Both the position numbers and the translations under genes were made by a program. Shown one piece after another: positions 39,542 through 50,913 of a stretch of 64,000 nucleotides of DNA; the first letter of the stretch is position 1; every line of letters begins with the position of its first letter. The notes under the pieces are model-generated. The model ran no database searches, was not told where the DNA came from, and saw only the letters and a program-made list of their open reading frames with translations. The stretch spans positions 5,696,001 through 5,760,000 of the forward strand of contig OZ244561.1 in the NCBI GenBank assembly GCA_965217585.1. The letters are read 5' to 3'. This DNA is from Candidatus Latescibacterota bacterium. Its GTDB lineage: Bacteria > Latescibacterota > UBA2968 > UBA8231.

Positions 39542-40987
39542 ATGCGCGGAGTTGCCCTGAACTTTTTTCCTCTCGCAACGGATCAGTTCACGATCACGCT
39601 CTACCGCCTCCCCTTTGTCGAGGGTGAGCGACCCAAAGCCGGAGACGAAGAAGCTGTTCGTCGATATCTCAAGATAGATGGCGAGGGGGATTACTACTGG
39701 ACCTTCTTCCAACAACCACTTGAAGGAGGAACCGAAGTAGTTTGCGAGCCGTTCGATAATATTTACGGCACAATAGACGCACTCAGATTAGCCTTAATCC
39801 AAAGTTGTAAAAATAATCTGGATTCCGACTCCTTCTGTGTCATTGAGAGCTTCCGACGACACGTGGAAATCATAACTGGTAAATTCTCTGAGGGATCACA
39901 GGTCGTCTCGCTGGAACCGTACCTATTGCGCTCAAGTGGCCAGTTTGGTTTCCTCGCAGACTTCCGCTTCCATCCTACTGAAGAGCATCGTGGTACGCGA
40001 CGGGCGCTTCAACTCAGCCTATCACTCGACAAACACGGGCAGCCGAATCTAAACCATTACGCTGATCGCTACTCACAGCTTGCCGCCTATGTGTCCAAGT
40101 TTCACGACCAAATATTCCCGCTCCATATGCCAGGTGGCCAAGAGGTGGCAGTTGGATCACGGCTTGTGGAACTTAAGTCTGAGACACTCGACGTCAAGAA
40201 CTATGTAGTCGGCTCTGACACCGAAGCAAAATCGCAGTTCATGGGCGTCAAGCAATCCGGTCCATTCAAAAAGATCCCAGAAGATACGCACCTGTATTTT
40301 CTTTACAGGCAGGAGGATCGTCCTCTATCTCGCGATCTATTTCGAGCTCTACGTGGTGATACCTTCAGGACCTTTACCGGGATGGAACACATGTTCCATC
40401 TCCCGATCTCAAACGAAAACGTGAGCGGTGCCGCCCTGTCAGACTTTAGCCCCAATGAAATACAGCGCGTCCGGGATCAGGTAGTTGAAGATGCTGCTGG
40501 CCATAAAGTCGTACCCATAGTGTTGACGCCCTTCAGCAGATATGATACTCCAGAGGAGAACGTAGCCTACTGGAACCTGAAGCATGCCTTTCTATCAAAG
40601 GGCCTACCGATTCAGGTTGTCGCAACTAAAACGGTAGCGGATAAGAACAAGCTTAAATGGTCCACGTCGAGTATCGGACTCCAAGTCTTTGCTAAAGCAG
40701 GTGGAACGCCGTGGAAGGTCCGCCCTCGAACAGAACGCTGTCTGATCGTAGGAATCGGGCAGGCACACCACATGTCCGAAGAGGGCATTGAGCGTTTCTT
40801 TGCCTATTCTGTGCTCACTGATTCGAGTGGTGCCTTCGAAGAAGTCAGGGTCCTTGGAGAAGATCAAGATGAAGAGCGCTATATAGAATCTTTCTCAACC
40901 AACTTACGGAGAATTTTTGAGGATTACTCCTCCCGTTTCTCAAGCTTTGTGGTACACGCCACATTCTCTATTGGTCGGCGAGAATGA
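39542..40987 (+). CDS. Prokaryotic Argonaute, long type, catalytically inactive, PIWI domain truncated
   Basis: MID 5'-phosphate pocket YWNLK...IQVV...LQVFAKAGGTPW; PIWI start LIVGIGQAH and VVHATF, then stop. Confidence 0.85.
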   Translation: MRGVALNFFPLATDQFTITLYRLPFVEGERPKAGDEEAVRRYLKIDGEGDYYWTFFQQPLEGGTEVVCEPFDNIYGTIDALRLALIQSCKNNLDSDSFCVIESFRRHVEIITGKFSEGSQVVSLEPYLLRSSGQFGFLADFRFHPTEEHRGTRRALQLSLSLDKHGQPNLNHYADRYSQLAAYVSKFHDQIFPLHMPGGQEVAVGSRLVELKSETLDVKNYVVGSDTEAKSQFMGVKQSGPFKKIPEDTHLYFLYRQEDRPLSRDLFRALRGDTFRTFTGMEHMFHLPISNENVSGAALSDFSPNEIQRVRDQVVEDAAGHKVVPIVLTPFSRYDTPEENVAYWNLKHAFLSKGLPIQVVATKTVADKNKLKWSTSSIGLQVFAKAGGTPWKVRPRTERCLIVGIGQAHHMSEEGIERFFAYSVLTDSSGAFEEVRVLGEDQDEERYIESFSTNLRRIFEDYSSRFSSFVVHATFSIGRRE

Positions 40988-42065
40988 GATAATCTTGCTC
41001 CTTGGCGCTGGTGCCAGCGCAGATGCCGATATACCAGACTCCAACAGCATGGTTCAAGAGATAGAAAAACTGGTCTCCAGCATAGATCCCAAGTGGAGTA
41101 AATTCAAAGACCTGTATCGCTTTATCCGAAGCTCAATTTTCTACGCGGATGGATTGGACGGAATCTTCGATGACAATGTCCCCTTCAATATTGAACGGCT
41201 TGTGAATGTTTTGGACGAACTCCATAAAAAGGAACGCCATGCACTTTATCCGTTTGTAGGCGCATGGAACCCAAAACTGCTAGATGTCGCTGGCAAAAAG
41301 TTCGAGCATATCCGCGAGTTCCGCAGTGCCATTATAGACATTCTCCGGAATGAATGGGTTGCTTTACCAAAAAAAGAAAGCGCCGCTTACTACTCAGGAC
41401 TTTTGCGGTTTCAAAAGGAATATGGGTATCCACTCCGTGTATTCTCCTTGAACTACGACCTTTGTGTTGAGCAGACCTGTCAGCAGGGAGAGGTGCAAAG
41501 AGGATTCTCCGATAGGGTGTGGGATTGGCGATTGTTCGATGAGACATCAGATGATCCAGCGCCACTAATGCTTTACAAGCTACATGGTTCAGTGGACTGG
41601 TACTTCTCTGAAGATGGTAGGGTCACCTATTCCGACTCCCCATCCACCATTAAAGACGAGGATGTCTCTCTCATTTTTGGAACTTCCTACAAGCTACAAT
41701 ATATCGACCCATTCCTTTTTCTGGCGTACGAGCTGAGGCGATGGACCCTAGACTCCGCGCGTATCATAGTATGCGTCGGTTACGGATTCAACGACGATCA
41801 CATAAATGGAATCCTGCAACAGTCTCTCCGCCAAGAGCGAGAGCGAAAACTTCTCGCCGTCATCGGACCAAACAATGAATCGAGCACCACCGATAAGAAA
41901 AAGCGCATATCAGAGCTACTGAAGGCTGAGGAAGGCCAGATTGAAGCCCAAGCGTGTGGTGCCGAGGAATTTTTGGGCAGTCTCCTGACCATCGCCTCCC
42001 TCTCGAACCTTTTTCCTTTTGAGGAGGATCTGTTTCCAGAGTCGCCAGATTTTTCCGAGGTTTGA
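40971..42065 (+). CDS. SIR2-like (SIR2_2) NADase; start codon uncertain
   Basis: LLLGAGAS, FSLNYD, YKLHGS, VGYGFNDDHIN; no APAZ extension; nearest in-frame start before GAGAS is TTG 40971. Confidence 0.85.
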   Translation: MVGENEIILLLGAGASADADIPDSNSMVQEIEKLVSSIDPKWSKFKDLYRFIRSSIFYADGLDGIFDDNVPFNIERLVNVLDELHKKERHALYPFVGAWNPKLLDVAGKKFEHIREFRSAIIDILRNEWVALPKKESAAYYSGLLRFQKEYGYPLRVFSLNYDLCVEQTCQQGEVQRGFSDRVWDWRLFDETSDDPAPLMLYKLHGSVDWYFSEDGRVTYSDSPSTIKDEDVSLIFGTSYKLQYIDPFLFLAYELRRWTLDSARIIVCVGYGFNDDHINGILQQSLRQERERKLLAVIGPNNESSTTDKKKRISELLKAEEGQIEAQACGAEEFLGSLLTIASLSNLFPFEEDLFPESPDFSEV

Positions 42066-42179
42066 AAAATGGAGTGGAAGGTGCCAAATTGCGGAACTGA
42101 TTCCCGGAATCCGGCTCAAACGGGCAAAAGCAGTGCTTACCAGAAACCCAAATGAAGCTGCTATTTAAGGAGTAGGACT

Positions 42180-43859
42180 ATGTCTCTCGCTACGCAAATC
42201 ATAGACCAACAGGTGTCCGGTATCATCGCGAAACACTCGGACGCCTTTGCCAACGAGCTTCGGCTGGGCACCGACGAACAGAAGAGGCGTTCGATAGCGT
42301 TTTTATTTCTCGTCGCGAAAACGGCGTTCGACCTCACCGACGAGGAGACGCTCGACGGGGTTGTCGATGGCGGCAACGATTTCGGAGTCGATGCGCTCTA
42401 CTTTGAACCGCCTGTCGATGGGGATCTTCACATCACCCTGATACAGGGAAAATACAGAAGGGACCTCGGTGGAGACGCGGCATTCCCCGAAAACGCAATC
42501 GCCAAGATAATCGATGCGATCGGCGCACTCTTCGACCCGGCAAAACCAGTAAGGTTGAATAAGCGGCTGGACCAGCGGGTCGAAGACATACGTTCGTTTG
42601 TTGCAGAAGGCGCGATTCCACGAGTGACCGCAGTCGCCGCGAACAACGGAGCACGCTGGACGGCGGAAGCGCAGCAACGGATTGACAATGCCACGCAGGA
42701 CTTCGGTGGGCAGGTCGAATGGCGTTACATAGGGGCCGAAGAGCTCCTGGCTTTGTTGCAGGCGCGGAAACCGATCAGCGCCGAGTTGCAGTTCACCGGG
42801 CAGGCGATGGTCGAGACCTTCGACTTTCGGCGCGTACTGATAGGGCGCATGTCGGTCGCCGAGCTCGCACGTCTGACCAACGAGTACGATAATCAGCTAT
42901 TCGAAAGGAATATCCGCCGCTATCTGGGTCTCACGGGCAACCGCGTGAACGAAGCCGTCGCGGCCACCCTGCGCGAGCCGGATCAGCGCCCGAATTTCTA
43001 TTTCTATAATAATGGCGTCACAATCACTTGCTCCCAGTTCCGCCACAATGCACTCCAAAGGGATAACTGGCGGGTGCAAGTGAATGACCTGCAGATCGTC
43101 AACGGCGAGACGGCGCGCACCGTTCAGCAAATAGCCGGGGAAATCGGTCCAGAGATTGAAGCGGCGGAGGTGCTTGTCCGCATATACGAGCTTCTGCAGA
43201 ACGACAACGAGCTCGTCGAGGCGATTACCTTCGCCACGAACAGCCAGAACCCGGTCGATCTGAGAGATCTGAAAGCGAACGAGCCGCGCCAAGAAGCCCT
43301 GAGTACATCGATTTCCGGGTTGGGATATGCATACCGCGCTAAGCGCGAAGACCGAGCCGTATCACCCAATGAATTTACGAGTGCCGTAATCGCCGAAGCC
43401 GTCTTGGCGATCTGGCGTCACCGGCCGCATCAGGCGAGATTCAGCAGCCGAGAACATTTTGGTGCGCTGTACAACACGATCTTCACGGAAGACCTAAACG
43501 GTGCGCAAGCGATCATTGCCGCCCTGTTACTCAGGCATGCGGAAAACCGCCGCAAGAGGCCTCCGAAAGATGCTCCCGATTTCCTTGCTTATGGTTCCCG
43601 TTTCATCGCCATGCTGATGGGCCGCTATCTTCTGGAAGAAATGGACATTACGCTGGACAGACTCGACCACCGCAACTTTGAGCAGGCACAGAAGCTGGTC
43701 GAACAAAGGTCGGGCAGTTATTTATCTCGCGCTGAGGAAAAGATAGGAGAAGCGCTTGGTCCGTTGTTCAGCGATAGAGAGCAGACGCTGCAACGACTGT
43801 CGGCGACCTTCCGCCGAGCCGATCTTATCGACATGCTTCTGGATGTCGGCGATGTGTGA
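42180..43859 (+). CDS. AIPR family (abortive infection phage resistance) protein
   Basis: [10 protein letters not shown]...[34 protein letters not shown]; AAGGAG RBS. Confidence 0.9.
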   Translation: MSLATQIIDQQVSGIIAKHSDAFANELRLGTDEQKRRSIAFLFLVAKTAFDLTDEETLDGVVDGGNDFGVDALYFEPPVDGDLHITLIQGKYRRDLGGDAAFPENAIAKIIDAIGALFDPAKPVRLNKRLDQRVEDIRSFVAEGAIPRVTAVAANNGARWTAEAQQRIDNATQDFGGQVEWRYIGAEELLALLQARKPISAELQFTGQAMVETFDFRRVLIGRMSVAELARLTNEYDNQLFERNIRRYLGLTGNRVNEAVAATLREPDQRPNFYFYNNGVTITCSQFRHNALQRDNWRVQVNDLQIVNGETARTVQQIAGEIGPEIEAAEVLVRIYELLQNDNELVEAITFATNSQNPVDLRDLKANEPRQEALSTSISGLGYAYRAKREDRAVSPNEFTSAVIAEAVLAIWRHRPHQARFSSREHFGALYNTIFTEDLNGAQAIIAALLLRHAENRRKRPPKDAPDFLAYGSRFIAMLMGRYLLEEMDITLDRLDHRNFEQAQKLVEQRSGSYLSRAEEKIGEALGPLFSDREQTLQRLSATFRRADLIDMLLDVGDV

Positions 43860-43869
43860 CGAGCATGTC

Positions 43870-46806
43870 ATGACCCCCCTCAACATCAGCGAAGCCACCA
43901 CCGTCCAGTTCCCCATGGTCCGTCACGCGGCCGAGATCGGCTGGACGCCACTCTCCCCACAAGATGCCCTGAGCAAACGCGGCGGAGAGGTCGGGCTGCT
44001 ATTCCGCGATGAACTTGAAGGAACACTCGGGATATTCAATCCCTGGATGACAGACGATTCTATACGCGCCGTTGTCGAACGACTTGAAGCGATCCCACCG
44101 ACGATTGAGGGCAACCGCGAAATGCTCGCTTGGCTGCGCGGAGAGCGGCAGTGGTACGACGAAGCCGAAAAGCGATCCCGACCTATCCAACTCGTCGATT
44201 TCGCTACGCCCAGCACCAACATCTTCCACGTCACTTGGGAATGGAAGCTCAAGCCACCAGCGCGAAAGGGCAACCGCGCAGACGTGATGTTCGTCGTCAA
44301 CGGCGTGCCGGTCGCCATCGTCGAGCATAAGAACCCAAAGGACGCCGACGCTATCGAGCGGGGTGTCACTCAATTGAAACGCTACGAGAAGGAGACGCCA
44401 GAGCTGATGGGGACGGCGCAACTCTTCAACGTTACGCACCTCCTCGACTATTGGTATGGCGTCACTTGGAATATAGCGCGTCGGTCCATGGCGCGTTGGA
44501 AGGAGCGGCCGGAGGAAAGCTATCGCTTCGCCGTCCAGTCGTTCTTTGAGCCGACCGATTTCCTGCGCACGCTGCGCGATTGGATCCTGTTTTACGTCGA
44601 AGACGGCGAGACGCGGAAGTCCGTGCTGCGCCAGCACCAACGCCGAGCCGTGGACCGCATCGTCGAGCGCTGCGCCGAGCCGACGAAACAGCGCGGACTC
44701 ATCTGGCATACCCAAGGCTCCGGCAAGACCTTCACCCTGCTCACCGCCGCTCGTCTGATCTTGGAACGCAAGGATGAATTCAGCACTCCGACAGTGGTAG
44801 TGGTCGTGGACCGGACGGAACTCGAAGGGCAACTCAAGGGCTGGGTTGAGCGGCTGCTCGGCGAGATGCAGCAGCAGGATATCGCAGTATGGCGAGCAGA
44901 CTCCAAGGCCGAACTGCGGGATATGCTCAAAACCGACAAGCGCGGCCTAATCCTGTCCATGATCCACAAGTTCGAGGGGCTGGAGCAAGACGCCAATACC
45001 CGCGACAACGTGTACGTATTCATCGACGAGGCACACCGCTCAGTCGCCAAGGAACTGGGCACCTATCTGATGGCGGCCGTGCCCAACGCGACGATCATCG
45101 GCTTCACCGGCACGCCGATTGACCAGACCGCGTACGGGAAAGGTACCTTCAAGATATTCGGGGTCGATGACAAGTTGGGCTATCTCGACAAGTACCCCAT
45201 TGCCGAGTCGATTAAGGACGAGACGACGCTGCCGATCCGCCACACCATGGCCCCGAGCGAAATGACGGTGCCGGCAGAGAGGCTCGACCAGGAATTCTTC
45301 GCCCTCGCCGAGATGGAGGGCGTCACCGACGTCGACGAGCTCAACAAGGTCCTCGACCAAGCCGTCGGCCTGCGCACCTTCCTCACCGCCGACGACCGCA
45401 TCGAAAAAGTTGCCGCATTCGTCGCCAAACATTTCCGCGAGAACGTGGCACCGCTCCATTACAAGGCGTTCCTCGTCGGCGTGAACCGCGAAGCCTGTGC
45501 CAAGTACAAGCGGGCACTCGACAAGCTACTGCCCCCCGAATGGACTACGCCGGTCTATACCGAGAACGCCGCCGACATCGTCACCCGCCCGCTCGTTGCG
45601 AAGTACCAGCTTTCGCCGGACCGCGAGGCAGACACGCGCCTGATGTTCAAGAAAGCGGATGCGAATCCGAAGATCCTCATCGTCACCGACAAACTGCTCA
45701 CGGGCTACGACGCGCCGCTCCTCTACTGCCTGTATCTCGACAAGCCCATGCGCGACCACGTACTCCTGCAAGCCATCGCGCGCGTGAACCGCCCTTACGG
45801 TACGCAAAAACGGATCGGCCTCGTGGTCGATTTTGTGGGCGTACTGCGCGAATTGAAAAAGGCGTTGCAGTTCGACTCATCCGACGTCAGTGGCGCAATT
45901 GAGGACCTCGATCTCCTGCTGAGCGACTTGCTCGACAAGCTCAGACGAGCGGAAGCTACCTACCTCGCCGATGGGGAAAACGGTGGCGCAGATGAACAAC
46001 TGGAGAAGCTCGTCTATGGGCGTTTTCTAGCACCAGAGCAGCGCAAGGAGTTCTTTGAAGCCTACAAGGAGATTGAGGCACTTTGGGAGATCTTGTCACC
46101 TTCGCCAGAGTTGCGCGACCACATCGAAACCTTCAGGCGGCTGGCGCGACTCTATGAGACCGTGCGCAACGCCTATGCCAGGGGCACCAACTACACGGCG
46201 GACTTGGCTAACAAAACGCGGTTTCTGGTACAAGAGAATGCTACTCAAGAAGGGCTCGGCCGTCTGACGAAGACCGTGACGTTTGACGTATCCACCCTTA
46301 AAGCGCTGCGAATCGAGCCGGGCTTGGATGAGACCAAGGTGTTCAACCTCGTGCGCGGCCTCCAGCAGGAAATCGAGAGCAACCCAGACAAAGAGTCCGT
46401 GCTGCTGCCCTTAAAGGAACGCGCCGAAAGCATCCTGAAGGAACTGGAGAATCGCAAGATGACTGCTCTGGCGGCCATGGATCGGTTAGCTGATCTTGCC
46501 GCGGAGAAGGATGCAGCCATCCGGGCCGAACGGGATAGCGGGCTATCGTCGCGCGCGTTCGCCGTCCATTGGGCGCTAAAGGACGACGCCAAGCTAAAGA
46601 TCGCTGGCATCAACACCTTAGAGTTGGCACAACGAGCGGAAACGCTTCTCGCCCGCTTTCCCAACGCGGCTGTCAACGCCGATGAGCAACGACGGCTGCG
46701 CACGGCCCTCTATGTTCCGCTGCTGCGACTGCAAAGAGACGAACGGAGCCGCGTCGTAGAGCGCATCCTCGGCATTTTGGGAGCAAGCATCGATGCGGAC
46801 GCCTGA
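43870..46806 (+). CDS. hsdR: Type I restriction endonuclease R subunit
   Basis: [18 protein letters not shown] nuclease motif, [34 protein letters not shown]. Confidence 0.95.
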   Translation: MTPLNISEATTVQFPMVRHAAEIGWTPLSPQDALSKRGGEVGLLFRDELEGTLGIFNPWMTDDSIRAVVERLEAIPPTIEGNREMLAWLRGERQWYDEAEKRSRPIQLVDFATPSTNIFHVTWEWKLKPPARKGNRADVMFVVNGVPVAIVEHKNPKDADAIERGVTQLKRYEKETPELMGTAQLFNVTHLLDYWYGVTWNIARRSMARWKERPEESYRFAVQSFFEPTDFLRTLRDWILFYVEDGETRKSVLRQHQRRAVDRIVERCAEPTKQRGLIWHTQGSGKTFTLLTAARLILERKDEFSTPTVVVVVDRTELEGQLKGWVERLLGEMQQQDIAVWRADSKAELRDMLKTDKRGLILSMIHKFEGLEQDANTRDNVYVFIDEAHRSVAKELGTYLMAAVPNATIIGFTGTPIDQTAYGKGTFKIFGVDDKLGYLDKYPIAESIKDETTLPIRHTMAPSEMTVPAERLDQEFFALAEMEGVTDVDELNKVLDQAVGLRTFLTADDRIEKVAAFVAKHFRENVAPLHYKAFLVGVNREACAKYKRALDKLLPPEWTTPVYTENAADIVTRPLVAKYQLSPDREADTRLMFKKADANPKILIVTDKLLTGYDAPLLYCLYLDKPMRDHVLLQAIARVNRPYGTQKRIGLVVDFVGVLRELKKALQFDSSDVSGAIEDLDLLLSDLLDKLRRAEATYLADGENGGADEQLEKLVYGRFLAPEQRKEFFEAYKEIEALWEILSPSPELRDHIETFRRLARLYETVRNAYARGTNYTADLANKTRFLVQENATQEGLGRLTKTVTFDVSTLKALRIEPGLDETKVFNLVRGLQQEIESNPDKESVLLPLKERAESILKELENRKMTALAAMDRLADLAAEKDAAIRAERDSGLSSRAFAVHWALKDDAKLKIAGINTLELAQRAETLLARFPNAAVNADEQRRLRTALYVPLLRLQRDERSRVVERILGILGASIDADA

Positions 46807-47152
46807 CGAACGACGCAAGGTCATGCGCGAGCGCGTCGCATCTTGGGCACAGCGGCTGAACGTCCAGCCACGGCAGGTACGCGTGCAGCGCATGACGCGC
46901 AAGTGGGGTTCGTGTTCGACCGCGGGCGTCGTCACCCTCGCCGCCGACCTCGTCGATCAGGACTTAGGCTTTCAAGACTTCGTCATTGTCCACGAGCTGC
47001 TGCACCTGCGCGTGCCCAATCACGGCAAGCTCTTCAAAGCCTTGCTGACGGCTCACGTGCCCGCTTGGCAAACATACGCCACAGCACGCACTGCTCAGCG
47101 CACCAACGCCAAGCGCCCCACCGCGACAAACGAATCCGCCACCAAGCGATAA
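46793..47152 (+). CDS. YgjP/DUF45 (M48-like) metal-dependent hydrolase, commonly found downstream of hsdR
   Basis: KWGSCS, VHELLHL..PNH. Confidence 0.85.
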   Translation: MRTPDERRKVMRERVASWAQRLNVQPRQVRVQRMTRKWGSCSTAGVVTLAADLVDQDLGFQDFVIVHELLHLRVPNHGKLFKALLTAHVPAWQTYATARTAQRTNAKRPTATNESATKR

Positions 47153-47266
47153 AAGTAAATCCCCGAAGCCACCGCCCGCCCACCTCGATCGCGCCCATCC
47201 CAGACAAACCGATAGCGGCCAGCCGCTAACGGCCCGTCCACTAAATGGCGCACGGGCCGGCCCAAC
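47024..47266. repeat. Direct repeat copy 2 (~243 bp)
   Basis: Matches 35885-36126. Confidence 0.92.
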
Positions 47267-50200
47267 GCATCGTAGAGCACCAGCGCGACCGACACTGCCT
47301 TCGGCAAGTCAAACGACAGCGCAACCTCGGCGTTGAAGGGATTGGGATAGGCCGGATGCAGTGCAAAGTCGGCGGGCAAAGCCACCGCCTTAGCCCCCCC
47401 TTCTTCCGTGCGAAACGGCACCCACGCCACCGCACCCTCGATCTGCGCAGCAATGGCCGCGCTATCGGCTGCACTCCAGTAGTTGTCTTGGGCCTTCAAC
47501 TCCTCGACGCTCAAGTTCTCAATGGCCGTGGAATTGTTGGCAAAGGTGTTGCCGCGAATCGCCGTCGGCACCTGTGGCCCTTCGACCCGGATGGCCACGG
47601 CATTGTCTGCAAAGCGGTTGCCGACGATATGCGGCGCAGAATCCACGGATTGGATGGCCAGCGTCCCGCGGACAAACTCGCTGGCGCGAATCTCCAGCGC
47701 CTCCACGCCGGCCAGCTCCAAACCCCGACCCCCGACAAACGAGCTCGTCCCAATCACCCCTCTCGTCCCCAGCCCCAAACGCAGGCCCGCAGTAACATGC
47801 GCCCTGAACGTCGAGTTCCATATCTCCACCAGCGACCCAGCGATTTCGGCACCGGCGCGCAAGTTGCGTTCGACCAGCACCTGCGCGAGGACCAAGCGCG
47901 CCGCGCTCCCGGCGCGCAGGCCATCGCCTTGGTTGCCGACGATGCGGCTGTCGTGCAATTCCACTTCGCCTAGCCACTCCTCCAAATCCATGCCGTGCGC
48001 GGTGTTTTGCTCAATCTGCGACTTCCACATCTCGATGCGCTGGCCGCGGCCGCCTATGGCCCGCACCCCAGTCCGTGGGTCGTCTGGGTCGAGCTGGCCG
48101 TTGTCGATTACGGCGACGCGGATGGCCTCTAAGGATGCGTTATTGAGCAAGATCCCCTCTTGGCCATTGCCCTCAATGGTGACGTTGCGCAGCGCGAGTT
48201 GCCCGCTGCCGGCGATGAGTATGGCTGGGCCGGAGATGATGGTAAATTCGGTTCGATCTACCTGTGCTCGGCCATTGAGCGTCAGCCGCAGGCCATTGCC
48301 GCCGCTTTCGCTCACCGCGGAGTCAGCGATGCGCAGGGTCGTCACCTCGTCAATCTCGCCGCTAAAGGCAAAAGCCGTGCGCGTTAGCTCGGCGTGCTGC
48401 ACCTCGACTTGGGCACCCGGCAACACGCGAATGCCATACCACAAGCCGTCGTTGTCCGGGCCGGGATCAGTGGTTAGCTGCGCCCGATCCCCAGCCACCC
48501 CTTCAATCGTCAACGCGCCTTCCACGATCAGCTCGGCGAAATCCGGGGACACGCCGCGCCGGCTGAGATCAAAGCGGGCAAAAGACACGCTGCTCGGGCC
48601 GATGTGCAGTTCGGACCCGACTGGCACCACCAAATCCGCGTACACGGCCCGCTCGTCCAGCCACTCCGTCCGCCCTGGGGGCAGGCGGAAGCCGACGACC
48701 CCGCGATGGGCGTGTTCAATCGCGATGGCCGCCGGATCGACCGCTTGGCCGTCGAGCAAATAAATACCCGACCAGTCCAAGGGCCCGGTGCGCGTCGCAC
48801 TCGACTTAAAGGATGCGCCCTCCCCAATTTTGAGATCGCCATAGACGATCAGCTCGCTGCGGTCTGGATCAAACCCCGTGCCCTGCGCATCACCGCGGGC
48901 AAAGCGGATCTCCGCATCGGCATCAATGGTCAGCGTTGCGCCCGGTGCCACGACCACGTCCCCGTCCAAATCTACCCGGTCCGTCCACGTCTCGTCGCCG
49001 ACAATGTGGCCGGTGCGTTGCTGCCGGACCACATCGACGACCATAGCTGCGCCATGCGGGCGGATGTTTTCTATGGCCACGCCCAACGGCAAGTTCCGCA
49101 TAAAGCCCGTGTGCCCGCTGAAGGCCGGATTCATATCCCAGGCGAAGCGGCGGAAACGGACGCCGTCAAAGGGGTCGGTCGCGTCGCCTTGGTTGCCGTT
49201 GTGGGACGAGGAGTACGCCAAGTCCCGCGCCCAAAAGTCGAGATTGTCCCGTCCCTCCACGGCATCTGGGTCGCCGCTGGGAAAGCCCCGGTCGGCAAAA
49301 AGCCCATCGGCGCACACTAAATCGACCTGTTTGTGGCGTTCCTCGTCGTTGTCCGCTTGCTCGTCTATGTGCCAGATGAGCAGGCCGTCTTGCGGGATAT
49401 TGCGGTTGTAGTACGAGCCGTCGGCGCGCCGGTGCTCCAGCAGGAAGTACTCGTCTTGGGTCAGGGGAATTTTGTACGCCTTCCGGTCGCTGAAGATCTC
49501 CCCGATCTCCAGCCCTTCGACGCTCCCTTCCACTTCCACCACCTCCACCCAACCGAGGGTGGCCAGCGACCAAGCCGAAAAGGCGTTGGGGCCATCTTCC
49601 ACGCCCCAACCGAGCGTCCCCCAGCCCATGATCCCCCACTTGCCAATGCCCGCGGAGTCCTCCTCCGGGTCCAACTCGCTCACGGTCAACGCCGTCTGAT
49701 CGAAGAGATCGGGCAACCCCAACACGTGCGCGAACTCGTGGCACATCGTCGAGGCCGTGATGCTGAAGGTGTGGCCCCGCTGCGTGGTGCCACTGAAACC
49801 CGTGAAGCGACTCCGCACCCGCACAAAGTCGCCGTCGGCCGCCGGATCGTCGCTGATGTAATCGGCGTCTAGCCCCAGACTGGCGATGCCAGTGGCTGCG
49901 CCGACGAAGAAGTCGCGGGGCGCGGTATGCAAGTTGATAAAGACGATATCGACGTAGCCATCGTCGTCGCCGGAGTTGGGCACTCCATCGGGGCCGTCGT
50001 TGTCAAAGTGCCCAAAATCGACGTCCGCGTCGGCTGCCGTGAGAACCTCCAGATTGAAGCGACCAAACTGGCCCAAGGCCCCCGGGGCATCAGCCAAGTA
50101 GGTATCTGCGGCCGCGCGCGAGCGATAGCGCCGGGGCAGCACCTGGCCATCGATGTGGAGTCGTCCGTCCGACATCTCGCGGTAGAAGTGGGCAAAACTG

Positions 50201-50418
50201 CCGGGCAACTCGGCGTCGAAAAGGTCGTTCGCCCAAGAGGGTGCAGTGGCAGGGGCCCCCTCGTTCTGGAACTGCGAAAAGATAACCAGCGCGCTCAGAT
50301 GCTCCGGCGTCTGCACAACCCGTCGCGCCGACGGCTCCAACGCCGCGCAGGCAAACTCGGCTGCTAGGGCTTGGGAGGGGAGGACGAGGAGCAGGAAAAG
50401 GAACAATCGCTGCGACAT
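47095..50418 (-). CDS. Secreted M6 metalloprotease paralog with beta-helix repeats and FlgD-Ig/T9SS-like C-terminal domain
   Basis: Signal peptide [10 protein letters not shown]; [13 protein letters not shown]; [19 protein letters not shown]; AYPNPFN...WDGRD...VASGIY. Confidence 0.85.
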   Translation of the reverse strand: MSQRLFLFLLLVLPSQALAAEFACAALEPSARRVVQTPEHLSALVIFSQFQNEGAPATAPSWANDLFDAELPGSFAHFYREMSDGRLHIDGQVLPRRYRSRAAADTYLADAPGALGQFGRFNLEVLTAADADVDFGHFDNDGPDGVPNSGDDDGYVDIVFINLHTAPRDFFVGAATGIASLGLDADYISDDPAADGDFVRVRSRFTGFSGTTQRGHTFSITASTMCHEFAHVLGLPDLFDQTALTVSELDPEEDSAGIGKWGIMGWGTLGWGVEDGPNAFSAWSLATLGWVEVVEVEGSVEGLEIGEIFSDRKAYKIPLTQDEYFLLEHRRADGSYYNRNIPQDGLLIWHIDEQADNDEERHKQVDLVCADGLFADRGFPSGDPDAVEGRDNLDFWARDLAYSSSHNGNQGDATDPFDGVRFRRFAWDMNPAFSGHTGFMRNLPLGVAIENIRPHGAAMVVDVVRQQRTGHIVGDETWTDRVDLDGDVVVAPGATLTIDADAEIRFARGDAQGTGFDPDRSELIVYGDLKIGEGASFKSSATRTGPLDWSGIYLLDGQAVDPAAIAIEHAHRGVVGFRLPPGRTEWLDERAVYADLVVPVGSELHIGPSSVSFARFDLSRRGVSPDFAELIVEGALTIEGVAGDRAQLTTDPGPDNDGLWYGIRVLPGAQVEVQHAELTRTAFAFSGEIDEVTTLRIADSAVSESGGNGLRLTLNGRAQVDRTEFTIISGPAILIAGSGQLALRNVTIEGNGQEGILLNNASLEAIRVAVIDNGQLDPDDPRTGVRAIGGRGQRIEMWKSQIEQNTAHGMDLEEWLGEVELHDSRIVGNQGDGLRAGSAARLVLAQVLVERNLRAGAEIAGSLVEIWNSTFRAHVTAGLRLGLGTRGVIGTSSFVGGRGLELAGVEALEIRASEFVRGTLAIQSVDSAPHIVGNRFADNAVAIRVEGPQVPTAIRGNTFANNSTAIENLSVEELKAQDNYWSAADSAAIAAQIEGAVAWVPFRTEEGGAKAVALPADFALHPAYPNPFNAEVALSFDLPKAVSVALVLYDALGRPVRHLVDGPLAAGRYRFVWDGRDRGGRAVASGIYFYRLVADSFVAVGRLALVR

Positions 50419-50426
50419 CGTGCAGA

Positions 50427-50906
50427 CTAGGCGTCTGGGAGTTGCTGGTTTTCGAGATAGAAGGTCTGGTCGCCGTCGATGATTGTCGTGCATTGATATA
50501 CCCTTCCGGCCAGTCGCGGCGGCAGGAAGGACGACAGGTCGTCGGGCGCGACGAACTTTTGGCTCTTCAGCTCTTTGGGGTCCAGACGGATCTCGGCTAG
50601 GTCGGCGGATGTCAGCAGGCCGCCAAAAAAAATAAACATCAGGCTTTCGGTCTTATCCCCGTCGCGGTCGTTGTAATCGACGCAGAGTAGGCGGCTGATC
50701 GAGCGGTCCAAGCCCAGCTCTTCCTTTATCTCGCGCATACAGGCCGCCAGCGGTGACTCGTCTTTTTCCACTACACCACCGGGTATTTCCCAGAAATCCT
50801 TGTAGGTCGGCTGGACCAAGGGGACGCGCCCCTGTTCGTCGAAGAACAAAGCACCGGAGCCCATGCGCTTGGCGGGCAGTGATTCGTAGAAGGCTTTTTT
50901 GAGCAT
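50427..50906 (-). CDS. NUDIX hydrolase
   Basis: GGVVEKDESPLAACMREIKEELGL Nudix box. Confidence 0.9.
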   Translation of the reverse strand: MLKKAFYESLPAKRMGSGALFFDEQGRVPLVQPTYKDFWEIPGGVVEKDESPLAACMREIKEELGLDRSISRLLCVDYNDRDGDKTESLMFIFFGGLLTSADLAEIRLDPKELKSQKFVAPDDLSSFLPPRLAGRVYQCTTIIDGDQTFYLENQQLPDA

Positions 50907-50913
50907 AAGATCC

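Noticed and set aside
39542-42065. Short-pAgo SPARSA (SIR2-APAZ) system
   Set aside because: SIR2 lies downstream and has no room for APAZ; the pAgo has a ~250-aa N-terminal region
35885-47266. Prophage or integrative element with attL/attR
   Set aside because: No integrase, phage or conjugation genes; the repeats are long gene-end duplications rather than att cores
47483-48763. 426-aa plus-strand ORF and the many other antisense or alternate-frame ORFs in the track
   Set aside because: Shadows of real genes, expected at high GC, with no recognisable motifs
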